From positions 33,542,001 to 33,606,000 of the forward strand of contig CDPCPM010000106.1 in NCBI GenBank assembly GCA_976551045.1: a DNA stretch of 64,000 nucleotides, given 5' to 3'. The DNA is from Glaucostegus cemiculus (lineage: Eukaryota). Shown here in pieces: positions 24,736-36,092 of this stretch. Under the pieces are notes generated by a model. That model was given only the letters and a program-made list of their open reading frames with translations. It did no database searches and was not told where the DNA came from. A program made the translations under genes and the position numbers. Numbering within the stretch: position 1 is the stretch's first letter; the number at the start of each line of letters is the position of its first letter.

Positions 24736-24794
24736 GTGGTAGAGATGAGGAGATGGAGTGAAGCGAATTTAAAACTAAAGCTGCAGAAGGAAAA

Positions 24795-25342
24795 AATTAA
24801 AGTGAGAAGGGGAAAGTTTAAAGGAAGTGTGAGGGACAAGTTTTTTTTTACACAGAGAATGGTAGGTCCCTGGAACAGGCTGCCAGGAATAGTGGTGGAA
24901 ACAGATACAATAGTGGTATTAAGAGGCTGTTAGACAGACCATGAATATGCAGGAAATGGAGGGAATGTATCATGTACAGTAGGAAATTATTTAGTTTAAT
25001 TCACCATCATTGGGCGGCACGATAGCGTAGCGGTTAGCGTGACGCTGTTACAGCGCCAATGACCGGGGTTCGATTCCATTCGCTGAATGTAAGGAGCTTG
25101 TACGTTCTCCCGTGTCTGCGTGGGTTTCCTCCGGGTGCTCCGGTTTTCTCCCACATTCTGAAAGACATACAGGTAGGTTAATTTGGGGGTTTAAAATGGG
25201 CGGCGCGGACTCGGAGGGCCAGAAGGGCCTGTTACCACGCTGTAAATAAAATTTAAATTTAATTTAATTTAATCATGCTTGGCAGACATCATGGGCCAAA
25301 GGGCCTGTTCCTGTGCTGTACTGTTCGGTGTTTTATGTTCTA
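24795..25342 (+). mobile_element. CR1 3' end split by a V-SINE
   Basis: FFTQRMVGPWNRLP; tail GGGCCTGTTCCTGTGCTGTACTGTTC. Confidence 0.88.
25012..25271 (+). mobile_element. Young CpG-rich tRNA-derived V-SINE
   Basis: A box TAGCGTAGCGG 25023-25033, B box GGTTCGATTCC 25067-25077, V-domain GGGTTTCCTCCGGGTGCTCCGG, (AATTT)n tail, short ATCAT duplication. Confidence 0.92.
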
Positions 25343-25617
25343 AATTAAAAAGGAATGAGTGTTGGGTGAAGTTTTTGTGTCCCGGAACCCACCCACACGT
25401 TTCCCTCGTCTCCAGCTGTACCTGCTATCTGGATCAGTCCTTCAGTGTGTGGGCATCTACAATTAGTCACTAGTTCTGCCTGCCTTTTCTTCCTTCCCTT
25501 TAGTCAAATTCTGCACGAAAGCCATGTGCTGTAATGCAGCTCATCCACAGGATGATAGAGCTTTGAGTGTCATTAGTGCTGGACAAGGCCACAACAGCTT
25601 AACAAATGTTATGTTCA

Positions 25618-26750
25618 AGAACATAGAACATTACAGCATAGTACAGGCCCTTCAGTCCGCAATGTTAGGCCGACATTTTATCCTGCTCTAATATCTATCT
25701 AACCCTTCCCTCCCACATAGCCCCCCATTTCTCTAGCATTCATATGTCTAATAGAACATTAGTTCAGTTGTAGCTACAGACTGGAAGATGTAACAGTCAC
25801 CCGGCAGATTGGTTGACCCCAGGAAACACTCTGCTTCTAAAACATTCAGATGTGTGGATCAGGCAACAAAGTGGATGAAGCACAGGATCAGTCTGAGAAT
25901 GGCAACAGAGGAGCAGGCTCAAAGGGGAAATGGCTGATCCCAGCTTCCATTCCTTCTACCCTGCTGCCTTACTGGTGACGTGGATAAGGCCAAGATGGAA
26001 TGCTATCCTTACTGGCTGGGAAGTGCGAGGTTTGGGGATCACAGTTCAACATTTCGACACTCCCTGAATTCATCCTGAATTTCAGTCTGTGGTCACTGAT
26101 GAGCCAGGATCTCAAGGTCGGTGAGCTCAGGGCTGAGGGGTAAGTGGGATGATATGAGTTTGGGTACAGGGATCAGGTCTGGGATAAGCTCAAGTTTAGA
26201 GTCACAGAGCAGCACAGATACAGGCCCTTCGGCCCAACCAGTCCACACCGACCCAGTCCCCACCCAGCTAGTCCCAATTTCCTGCGTTCAGCCCATGTCC
26301 CTGTAAGCCCCACCCCTGCACGTACCTGTCCAAGTGCTTCTGAAATGAGACTATTGTACCTGCCTCAACCACTTAATAGCACATTGAAGAATGAATGTTA
26401 TACCGGATGTACAGGCAAACTCCTGTGTACTTTCAAACAATCTGGGAGTGAGAACTGGGTCTTTCTTTTCTTGAACCCGCGAGATCAAATCCTCCACTAA
26501 TGTTCCCCTTGGCTGGTGTTGCTCATGACAGGACTAGTTAATCCTGAGGTCAGTAAGAGGATGTTTTCAGTGCCTATCATTGGATCCCAGCCAGGTCCAC
26601 AGGGTGTGTTATGAGTGGAGCAGGTATGATTGTTTTATCACAGAGTTATACATCACAGGAACAGGCCTTTCAGCCCATCTGGTCTACACCGACCAAGATG
26701 TCTATCTGAGCTAGTCCCATTTGCCTGTGCTTGGTCCATATCCCTCCAAA
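25618..26750 (-). mobile_element. Three separate short CR1 3' tails (~25618-25750, 26195-26372, 26638-26750)
   Basis: Each contains ACAGGCC(C/T)TTC(A/G)G tail motif. Confidence 0.8.
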
Positions 26751-26754
26751 CGTA

Positions 26755-27050
26755 GATGTCATTCCCTCTCCTCATCCCTTTCCACCCCTCACCACTTTTC
26801 GCCACAACTCCTCTCCACTCACCCCACTGACACCCCCTCAACTCACTCCGCCTCCCCTTCCCCCGTTCACTGTACTCACTCTGCCCCCCTCCCATCATCC
26901 ACACTCCATCCCCCTCCTCTCAGCTCATTCCCTCGCTCCCTCAGCCCTTTCCTCTCCCCTCACATCGTTCCCTTTTCCCTCTCCCATTCCCTCTCACCTC
27001 ACATCATCCCCTCCCCTACTCCCTCCTCCCCACTTTGTTCTTTCTCCCCG
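26755..27050. repeat. C/T-rich low-complexity tract
   Basis: Almost G-free on + strand; explains the Pro/Ser-rich ORFs. Confidence 0.85.
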
Positions 27051-27744
27051 CAATAGTTTAACTATAGAATAATTGTAAATGATTTGATTAACAAAATAAT
27101 TGTTAAAGGCTCCAATATAATACATATAAGTTCCAATGAAAAACATACTCCATAAAGAAACACAATAATTCAATGATGATAAAAATATTGAATGGAGTTG
27201 TTCAATTATACTTAACCAAAACAAAGCTGTTGAATGAATGCTAATTTTTTAAGCTTTGTTGCTATTTACTGCAGTAGATGAATGTTGTGTAAAGCCCACA
27301 CTGATTTCAAAGTCAGTCTGCTGTGAGTCACAAGAAAGCCTGTTCTCACTGATAAGGATCCCGTTTACACTTGGAACCTATGATTTCATGTGCGTTATTG
27401 GGAAGAAGTAGCACTTTCCTCAGATTTCCCTAGCAGCCCACAAACAAATGTACCACAACCAGAGGCGAGATAGGGAATTATGCATAGCAAAGCTGCTGGT
27501 ATTTCAAGAGTTGGCAAACGTCATTGGTCGTTAAAAGCACTGGATGCTGACAACTCTTCCTATAACCTACCACCAGCAGAGTCTTAAACTGCCAATATGG
27601 AAAGTTGGCACCGAAAGTAGCCAGATGTCTCTGGGTATCTCTGGCAAACGGTTACACCCTCAATAACCACAATACATCACAGATTTCAAACTGTACGTTT
27701 GGGATCCTCTCTCATTCTTGCTTAGTTAATTAGCAGCTTTTTTA

Positions 27745-27750
27745 AACATA

Positions 27751-27783
<33 letters not shown>

Positions 27784-28116
27784 GTACACACATGCACACA
27801 TGCAGTCACACATGCACTTGTACATACATGTACATACATACATGAATGCACACAAATCCATATGCAACACAGATGTACAAACACATACACATGCATACAG
27901 CACATATACAAACACAAGTACACGAATGTGCACATGCAGTCCCACATGCACACACATGAACACACATATATACATGTACATGCATGTATGAATGCACACC
28001 CACTCATATGCAACACACACTCATAGAAACACACACATGGACACAGCACATATACAAACACACACATTCACTCACTTTTTGCGCACACACACACACACAC
28101 TCACTCTCTCTCTCAC
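27745..28116. repeat. (CA)n microsatellite plus cryptic RY repeat
   Basis: Perfect (CA)n at ~27753-27782, then CATACA/CATGCA variants. Confidence 0.95.
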
Positions 28117-28829
28117 TCAATGTCCTGATGGGAATCTTATATAGAGCAGAAACTACTGAAAGGTTATTTCAATAGCCCTAATTGCTGCAAACACTGAATC
28201 CTCATCCACAGCCCAGTGATAAACATCACAGGCCCAGAAGAACCATCTTATCATGTATTGCTTCTCCTCTCCTGCTGCTGAATAAAGCTGGCAGGGAACC
28301 AGGGATATCGCCCATGAATCCATCTGCATGTGGAATTGTACCACTTATCTTCATCGTCTTGGCTCCATCCCAGCTCAGTGGTCAACTTCAGGATTCTTCC
28401 AATTAGAGTCCTTTGTTTGTCTAGACAAAGTATAAGTGCATGGTATTAAACAGACTTGACAAAATGATAGATCCTTTCAGCTTCTAAACCCACTGTTGGT
28501 TGATTAATTTACATTTTTATATTGATTTTGAGAAAAGGGAGCAATTTTTTTTGACACTTTAATTTTTACATTTCAAATGTCTGTTCCTTTCATAGTTCCT
28601 TCTGGGCATGGACTAACAAGCATTATTGTTTGGCTTCATCTCGTGTATTGAGAGAAAAAGATCAATATGTTAATCTGTCCAAGAAATTATGCATTTTTCA
28701 AAATAATGTAAAACCAGGAGATTGGAGAAATCTAGTGACTTCACAAATATAAAACATCCCTTCCATTTAGCATAAGCACTAACAACGCATTCGACAACGC
28801 ATTCAATGCTTTCGACAGCATCACTGAAA

Positions 28830-29198
28830 ACGTACAACACAGAAGAAGGCCATTCAGTCCAATATGGACAAACCAATCCAAAAAATTCCATCTTCCATCA
28901 GTGGAAGTCTGGACAGTCATGGCTCTTCACATCCACGCATCTTTTAAATCTGATGTGAGTTTCTCATTCCAACAGGCAATGACTACTAGACTCCTAGCAC
29001 CCCTGGGGTATAAAATCTTCCTTCATGGCCCCTGGTTTTTGACCCATTTACTGAGAGCAAAAGGTCCTTCTGTCTAAGTTCATAATTTTTTACACCTTTT
29101 CCCTCAGCCTTCCCTGTTCCAAAGAAAACAAACCCCTATCTATGTAATCTTTCCACTGCTGGCAATGTCCCTATAAATCTTCTCTGCACCCTCTCCAG
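28830..29198 (-). mobile_element. CR1 3' fragment
   Basis: LERVQRRFIGTLP; GAAGGCCATTCAGTCC tail. Confidence 0.75.
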
Positions 29199-29199
29199 T

Positions 29200-30300
29200 A
29201 CTTCCCGCACGTCTGTCCTTTCTCTCACCCCCCATCTCCCAGCCGACATAACAGGGACAAGGGAGTCGACCACATGAACACCCCCCGACCCCATGACCAC
29301 CACACAAGCCTCCGCATCCAACACATCATTCTCCACAACTTCTGCCACCTCCAACAGGATCCCACCACCAGGCACATCTTCCCCTCACCCCTTCTCTCTG
29401 CTTTGCACAGGGACCGCTCTCTCCGCAACTCCCTTATCCACCCGTCCCTCCCCACTGATAACCCCGCCGGCACTTATGCCTGTAACCGCACCAAGTGCTA
29501 CACATGTCCCTACACCTCCTCCCTCACCACTGTTCAGGGTCCCAGACACTCCTTCCAGGTGAGGCCGAGGGTGTCATTTATTGCGTCTGGTGCTCCCAGT
29601 GCGGCCTCCTGTACATTGGTGAGACCCGACGCAGATTGGGTGACCGCTTCATCCAGCGCCTTTGCTCCCTCCACAACAGCCAGGATCTCCCGGTGGCCAC
29701 CCACTTCAATTCCACATCCCACTCCCACACTGACATGTCTATCCATGGCCTCCTCTACTGCCACATTGAGGCCAAATGCAGATTGGAGGAACGACACCTC
29801 ATATTCTGCCTTGGGAGTCTCCAACCTGATGGTCTCAACATTGATTTCTTTAACTTCTTGAACCCTGACACCTTTTCTACCCCCCCCACCCTACTCCTTT
29901 GTCTTCCCTATTCCTGTGGCTCCCTTCCCCCACCTGGATGACCTGCTCGTCTTCTCTCCTCCCCTCCTCCATCCTTTATTCCATGGTCCACTGCCCTCTC
30001 CTACCGGATTCCTCCTTCTTCAGCCTTTTGCCTCTTCTACCTATCACCTCCCCCTCCACCACCCACTACTTTCCCCCCCTCACCTGGACTCACCTCTCCC
30101 CTGCCTGCATGTGCTCCTCCCCCTCCTTCCACCTTCTTAGAGTGCTTCTGCCCTCTTCCTTTCCAGTCCTGATGAAGGGTCTCGGCCTAAAACATCGACT
30201 GTCCATTTCCCCCACAGATGCTGCCTGACCCGTTGAGTTCCTCCAGCACTTTTTGTGTATTGCTCCATATTCCAACTTCTGCAGAATTTCTTGTGTCTCC
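29200..30300 (+). mobile_element. Penelope-like retroelement (Neptune type), 5'-truncated: Cys-rich linker, GIY-YIG endonuclease remnant, 3' terminal repeat
   Basis: GTYACNRTKCYTCP (ORF 29274), then after a frameshift GVIYCVWCSQCGLLYIGETRRRLGDRF..PVATHFN..LEERHLIFCLGSLQPDGLNIDF (ORF 29495). Confidence 0.95.
30164..30201 (+). ncRNA. Minimal type I hammerhead ribozyme motif, mutated
   Basis: CAGTC-CTGATGA-A-GGGTC-TC-GGCCT-AAAAC-ATC-GACTG: stem I CAGTC/GACTG and CUGAUGA intact; GAAAC>AAAAC and GTC>ATC at former CpGs. Confidence 0.8.
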
Positions 30301-30385
30301 GGTACTATTACATTTTTCCTGTAGTATTGTGACTCATGACACAGGACACAGACTGTGATCTAACTAATGTGCATAATTCTAGCTT

Positions 30386-30595
30386 AGAGAATCAAAGGAC
30401 CGCAGATGCTGGAATCTAGAAGAAAAACACTATGATGCTGGAGGAACTCAGCAGTCCAGGCAGCATCCGTGGAGAAAAGCAGGAGGTCAATGTTTCAGAT
30501 CAGGACCCTTCTTCAGGACTGAAGATAGGAAAAGGGGAAGCCCAATATATAGGAGGGAAAAGCAGAGCAGTGAAGGTGGATATAGGGGAGAGGAC
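30386..30595 (-). mobile_element. PLE terminal repeat of a second subfamily
   Basis: GCAGATGCTGGAATCT..GCTGGAGGAACTCAGC..GACCCTTCTTCAGGACT. Confidence 0.85.
30485..30520 (-). ncRNA. Minimal hammerhead motif with intact core boxes
   Basis: Minus strand AGTC-CTGAAGA-A-GGGTC-CT-GATCT-GAAAC-ATT-GACC. Confidence 0.75.
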
Positions 30596-30707
30596 AATTC
30601 TAGCTCAACCTCCCAGCTCAGGAGAGTATCCTGTATGTTGTTTTAAACACTCTAATGACCTATCCTGCTGTCTTTAAGAATCTGTGGGCATGTATTCTAT
30701 AGTCCCT

Positions 30708-30915
30708 TTGTCCAGGAACAGCTGCTTCCCCTCCACCATCAGATTTCTGAACGGCCCATGCACCCATGAACACTACCTCATTATTCCTTTTTTTGCACTA
30801 TTTATTTATTTTTGTAAGTTATAGTAATTTTATATCTTTGCACTGTACTGCTGCCGCAAAACAGCAAATTTTACGTCATGTAAGTCAGTGACAATAAACC
30901 TGATTCCGATTCGGA
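30708..30915 (+). mobile_element. Rex1/Babar 3' tail
   Basis: AGGAACAGCTGCTTCCCCTCCACCATCAGATTTCTGAAC...AATAAACCTGATTCCGATT. Confidence 0.88.
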
Positions 30916-31870
30916 TTTCTCCACAGCGCACAATATCGTCACATTATTGTTTTCTTGCACCTCCTCAAATGCATTAGCTCCCACTTTTCTGGATTGAATT
31001 CCATTTGCCACATTCCTGGCAAATGAATGGCTTAGCTGCATTTTCCTGCAGTCTACAGCTTTTCTCCTCATTGTCCACCAAATGCCAACTTTTGAATCAT
31101 CTATAAATGTCTTTATTATACTTCTATATTTAAATGTTTACAGTTGCCTGGAATTTCAGCTCTGGTCACATCATGTGTCATACTCTACCTCCAAAATGTA
31201 TCCTGTTGAAATCAATAAAATGAAGTTCAGGGGCAGAATATAATACGTTGGTGTGACTGCATGAAGCGCTTAACATTACAAGCTAGAAATGAATTTCCAG
31301 ATATATGCCTTTAACACAGTAAAATGGGCCATGGTACTTCTTTGCAACATCACAAATCGATTCCTAATTATGACAATCCATGCCATCAGTAGAGGCCCCA
31401 TAACTGTCCTATATCCAATGAAATATCAGAACTAAGAAACAGAAGTAAGATTTGGCCCCTGATATCTGCTCTGCCAGACAGTAAGATCAGGACTGATCAC
31501 TTATCTCAGAAACACTTTCCAAAGCTAAAAGCAGAAGCCTAGTCACTTAATATCTAAAAATCTATTGATCTCTGTCTTGAATATACTCAACAAACAAGCC
31601 TCTTTCATCCTCTTGAGTATAGAATCCCAAAGATTTACTAACCTCTGGATGAAATAATTGTATCTCATTTGAGTCCTAAATGGCCGACACTCTTACTTTG
31701 AAACTTCTGCTGGGAGAAATACCATCCCTGCACCTCCCTGTCAATCTCTGTGAGAATTTTGTAGATTTCATCGCAATCATCCCTCCTTCTCAAATCAGAG
31801 AGTACAGACTTAGCCTGTGTAAACTCTTCCCACAAGACAACACCGCATTTCCAAGAATCAGTCCAAGAAA
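30915..31870 (-). mobile_element. Two degenerate CR1 fragments (~30915-31135, ~31425-31870)
   Basis: TTGAATTCCATTTGCCA (WQMEFN); TAGAATCCCAAAGATTTACTAACCTCTG. Confidence 0.6.
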
Positions 31871-31904
31871 GTAAGATACACACATAAGACAACATTCCTG
31901 ATCT

Positions 31905-32300
31905 CTGCACATTCCTAAAGAATGTTTCACCAATTGTATGAAGTATAACTCTCTGAAGACACCATTGCATGAAATGCAACAGGCAAATTTTATGCGGCAA
32001 AATCAGACAAACATCAGCATGATAATGGCTGGGTAATCTGTTTTGGTAATCTTGTATGACAGGTAAGTGTCAGGTGGCTCCAAGAAGAATTTCCCTGCTC
32101 TTCTTCAAAATTACATTGCAGAAACTTTTACATTAACCTTGGAGAGCTGTTGGTTCTTCACCTGAACATCTCATTCAGGAATCCTCACCTCTAGCAGTTC
32201 AGCATTGGCGTGACAATTCAGGCCCTGGAGGAGGACTTGAATCCATAAGCTTTCAACTCCAAAGTGAGAGTCCTGTCCATTGAAGTACAACTGACACAGT
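31905..32300 (-). mobile_element. Deu-type SINE remnant
   Basis: GATAATGGCTGGGTAATCTGTTTT..CCCTGCTCTTCTTCAAAA..GGACTTGAATCCA. Confidence 0.6.
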
Positions 32301-33180
32301 GAGACAGAGAGTGCACTAGAGTCACAGTGCAAAACTTAACTTTACCTTATGATTATTGTCAAAGAAAGGAGAATATTGATGTAATTCAGTCTTTGATCAA
32401 CGTCAGATATGAGGTAGCCCTCGTATTGTAAGATGTTGAAAAGCAAAGCTCTTAATGAGATACAATAAAACACCAGTTGCACCAAACCCCAATAATTCAC
32501 TGGAAAAACTCATTAAGGTGACTTTGATTAATGCATTTGAAGCCATTTTGCACATCCTATATGGTTTACAGAAATGAGATACACCTGTACCTTGACTGTG
32601 AAAGCCCTCCTGCCCCCATCTCCTAATGGTGAAAATGAAGTCACAGCCAAGGCAGTCAGGTTTCCCACTGCCAATGGAGTTTACCCATTGTTCCTTAAAG
32701 GCAAATTCATTACATGCTTTAGAAAACAAACAAAGTGGAGAGGAGGACATTGGGGCTTAATTGCATTGTTCTGTTCATTAGCTCCAAAACTGAGATGTGG
32801 TGAAAGGCTCATACCAAACAAATCTTTCTTTTTCTAGTACTCTAACTCTTCCTTTATATTATCAGTTGCATGAATGCGCTTAATGTCCCTTAGCCAACAT
32901 CAAATATTTCCAAAAATGTTGCAGTCTAATGAAAAAGCTGGTTGTGAATGGAGTTTTTGATGGGTTTTGTTTTAAAGAACATGCATGAGGTTACAGCGAA
33001 GGTTCAGTGGTTTGTATAAACCACTGGATATTTCAGGTTATCTCAGAAGCCTGTTCAGGCATAGGCTTGGTGGGTGACAAGACTTATTCTTTGCAATAGT
33101 ATCTACGACGTGCCTGGTTGCATCATCAGCCTTCCTACTCATTGTCAGTTTTCCACAACTCCTGAAGCACACTAGCCCAG

Positions 33181-33396
33181 TTAAAAAGCAGCCTGCTGGA
33201 AATACTCAGCCAACCAAGTAGCATCTGTGGATCAATGTTTCAGGTCACGACCTTGCATAAGGATGATCCAGCTGCAGGGTCTCCACCCGAAACATCGATC
33301 ATCCCTTTGCTCCACAGATGCTGCTTGACCTGCTGAGCTCTCCCAGCAGTTTGCTTTTTAACTCTAGACTTCAGCACCTGCAGTCACTTATCTCTC
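33181..33396. mobile_element. PLE fold-back unit with perfect 13-bp TSD
   Basis: CACACTAGCCCAG at 33168-33180 and 33397-33409; inverted arms; degenerate hammerhead at ~33265-33300. Confidence 0.9.
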
Positions 33397-33914
33397 CACA
33401 CTAGCCCAGCTGTTCGATTTCCTCTTGCATTCTGAGAAACAATGAATTTTCTTAAGCCCCAAAAAAAGAAACATTCTTCTCACTGTAGTTTGGAAAATAG
33501 CAGTGTGAAAAACATGCTGAACTCAAGGAAAGTGCAGAAGTGTCTAAATATAGTCAGCTCAATTAAAACGAAGCTTCCAGCTATAACGTGTTACTGGAAG
33601 AGGTGAATCAATGGTTCTGTAGGGCTCAGAAGGGTAACGAGAAAATTTCTCTGCATCAACTCAATTTTCAGTGAGTGAACTCAGCTTAGGAAGTATAATT
33701 TTGCATTGCTCCAAGTCATGATTAAGTATCAAAGAGATTGTCCGCAATGGTGCAGCTGCTAATATTTCTAATGGGTCTCTCTGCACACTTGAGAAAGGAT
33801 TTATTCCAAGGATTTTCCTCCAATACTTATTTGTCTTCCCCTTCTGTTTTTTAAGAACGCTATGAGCTACACTCTGGCACCTAAATGAGATGATGGTTAA
33901 ACAAGCTACTCTAT

Positions 33915-34960
33915 CCATGTTGTTGTTCTTCTCAGGCAGTCCCTTGCGGTCATGGAAGGGTTAATTCCACTCCAGTTTGGTGGTTCTGAGGACAGGTTGA
34001 TGAGGTCACTATGGGATCCACGGACTGCCACAGGCATAACAAATGGAAGTTGATGGGATGGGAGCATTTGGATTGGTGTACGTTCTTTCTGCCACTTGTA
34101 CTTCATATGTTCCCATCTGAGAGACTCGAGGTGCTCACTGCCTTCCTGATGTCCTTTCTCCACTTTGAATAGGGATTTCCAAGAGAATGTTATTACTTTT
34201 TCCATAGAACATTAGAAAATATCCTTGGAACATTTTCCTGGCTTCCTGTTCCATAATCCCTCTCTGTTGATGCAGTCTTCCATAAAGCTAAAAAAGGCCA
34301 TGTACAGTAATTGATAAGATAAGATCTATTTATTAGTCACATGTACATCAACTCACACAGTGAAATGCATCTTTTGCATAGTGTTCTGGGGGCAGCCTGC
34401 AAGTGTCGCCACACTTCCTGCACCAACAATTGCATGTCCACAACTTCCTAACCCGTATGTCTTTGGAGTGTGGAAGGAAACCAGAGCACCCGGAGGAAAC
34501 CCATGCAGACACAGGGAGAACATACAAAATCCTCTCAGACAGGTGCCGGAATTGAACCCAGGTCACTGGCACTGTAAAGCATTACGTTAGCCGCTACATT
34601 ACCGTGCCTTCCTGATGATGTGGCTTCTTGGACTTTCTCGGATGTTTTGTGCCGCGAAGATTATGTCCACTCTGCCCCTTGATGTGCAGAGCCGGAACTG
34701 AGTGTCTGGGAGATCTTTGACCACTGGATGGAGACAGCTGTGGAGGAAACTGGTGAGGGATTTCCCTGTGGTCGACAGCACAGGGATTCTCTGAAGTTAG
34801 TGACATTGCAAAGGTCTCCTTTCTTGAAGTTGGCCCTGATTACAGTATCTCCCAGATCCCCCAGCATGCTTTCTGATCTCTCGATGAGAGAGATGTTGTC
34901 ATGAATTTATGTCAGAAGATCTTCCCCACCATGTTTTAATAATTCACCTGAGACTTTGTC
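33915..34960 (-). mobile_element. RTE LINE fragments (3' end ~33915-34190; RT ~34610-34960) with an intervening V-SINE
   Basis: FKKGD..NFR, LSTTGKSL, SRGRVDIIFAAQ; C-terminal EG.EHLESLR; (AAC)n-like tail. Confidence 0.75.
34313..34608 (-). mobile_element. V-SINE, subfamily with Rex1-like tail
   Basis: tRNA-like head, V-domain, TTTCACTGTGTG..GTACATGTGACTAATAAA plus (TTATC)n. Confidence 0.9.
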
Positions 34961-35689
34961 TTTCCCTGGTCTCCTCTAATATTTCAGGTTATGCAATGAC
35001 CATTTCAGTCTCTTGACTTGCTAGTGTAATGCTGAGGTAGAGGTGGGTGGTGTCATGTGGAATAGAGTCAAGGGTGCCATTTTGAAAGACCAAGTCCTGA
35101 TCGAGAAGTGCTTTCTTACAGCTTTTTTGAGCCACAGCCAAGATAAAGTTCAAACTATCCACTCTATCCATCTTGAACAGGTTGGCACCTTGTACTTATG
35201 AAAGAGCCTTTGGGGAAAGTTAAGAACAAATGTCACTGCCTTGGGAAGCAGTGTTATAAACATGCTTTTCCCCACACTTTTCATGCAATGATGACATTTA
35301 GTACCTGGATCAATGACTTGATTCTAGAAAATGAAAACACCATCCAGCCCTGGGTGTTGCTGTGGTTGTAACCTGTCTCTTGTCAGTCGCAATGTTCTTT
35401 GAAAGGAATTTGGGAAGATTTAACTCAGATTCTATGTGGCTAAATACAGCAGCCCAGAGTATTTTATATTCTAGGCGTTGCTGGTAAACCAACAATGTCA
35501 TTCAGTGAGGCTGTAAGACCCAAAATTCTAGGCCCACATCATGTCCCATTCTAATTCCTTCTTGTCACCCTTGTCGGCTCAATCCCAAAAATAATATTCT
35601 CCTCCTCTTCTGCAAACGTTCCCACGCATTGCTACTTCCATACTCTTCCCCTGTGCCCTTTCAATCAACAGAGACAAGGCAGCCCGTTG

Positions 35690-36092
35690 ATTGGCAAACC
35701 CAGTATCCTAAACATTCACCCCTTTACTACGGCACACACAACAACTGCAGAATGTACCATTTACAAAATGCGCTCACCTTGGCTATTCCAACAGCACATC
35801 CCAAGCCCAAAATTTCTATTGCCAATAAATGCAACAGCAGCGGGTGCTTGGAAACATGGAAACGCCATCACCCACAGGTTCCCATATCCCCAAGCACTTG
35901 ACTTGGAAATATATTGCTGTTCCTTCATCATTACAGGATCAAAATCCTGGAAGTTCCATCTCATTAGCTCTGTGGGAGCATCTTTACCAGAAGGACAGCA
36001 GCAGATCAAGAATACAGTTCATCACCACTTTCTTAGGAGCAAGTAAGGATGAGCAATAAATACCAGCAATGTCCACATCTCAATGATGAATC
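35690..36092 (+). mobile_element. L2/Crack-type LINE 3' end
   Basis: LNIH..CTIYKM..QHIP..DLEIY..SFIITGSKSW..HHHFL, then AATAAA. Confidence 0.75.

Noticed and set aside
25012-25085. tRNA-like sequence with A and B boxes
   Set aside because: Continues into the V-domain and a LINE-type tail, so it is a SINE head rather than a tRNA gene
28245-28380. Minus-strand peptide ..KWYN..GRYPWFPASFIQ resembling an SH3 C-terminus
   Set aside because: No N-terminal SH3 motif or convincing splice sites, and a stop follows; likely chance
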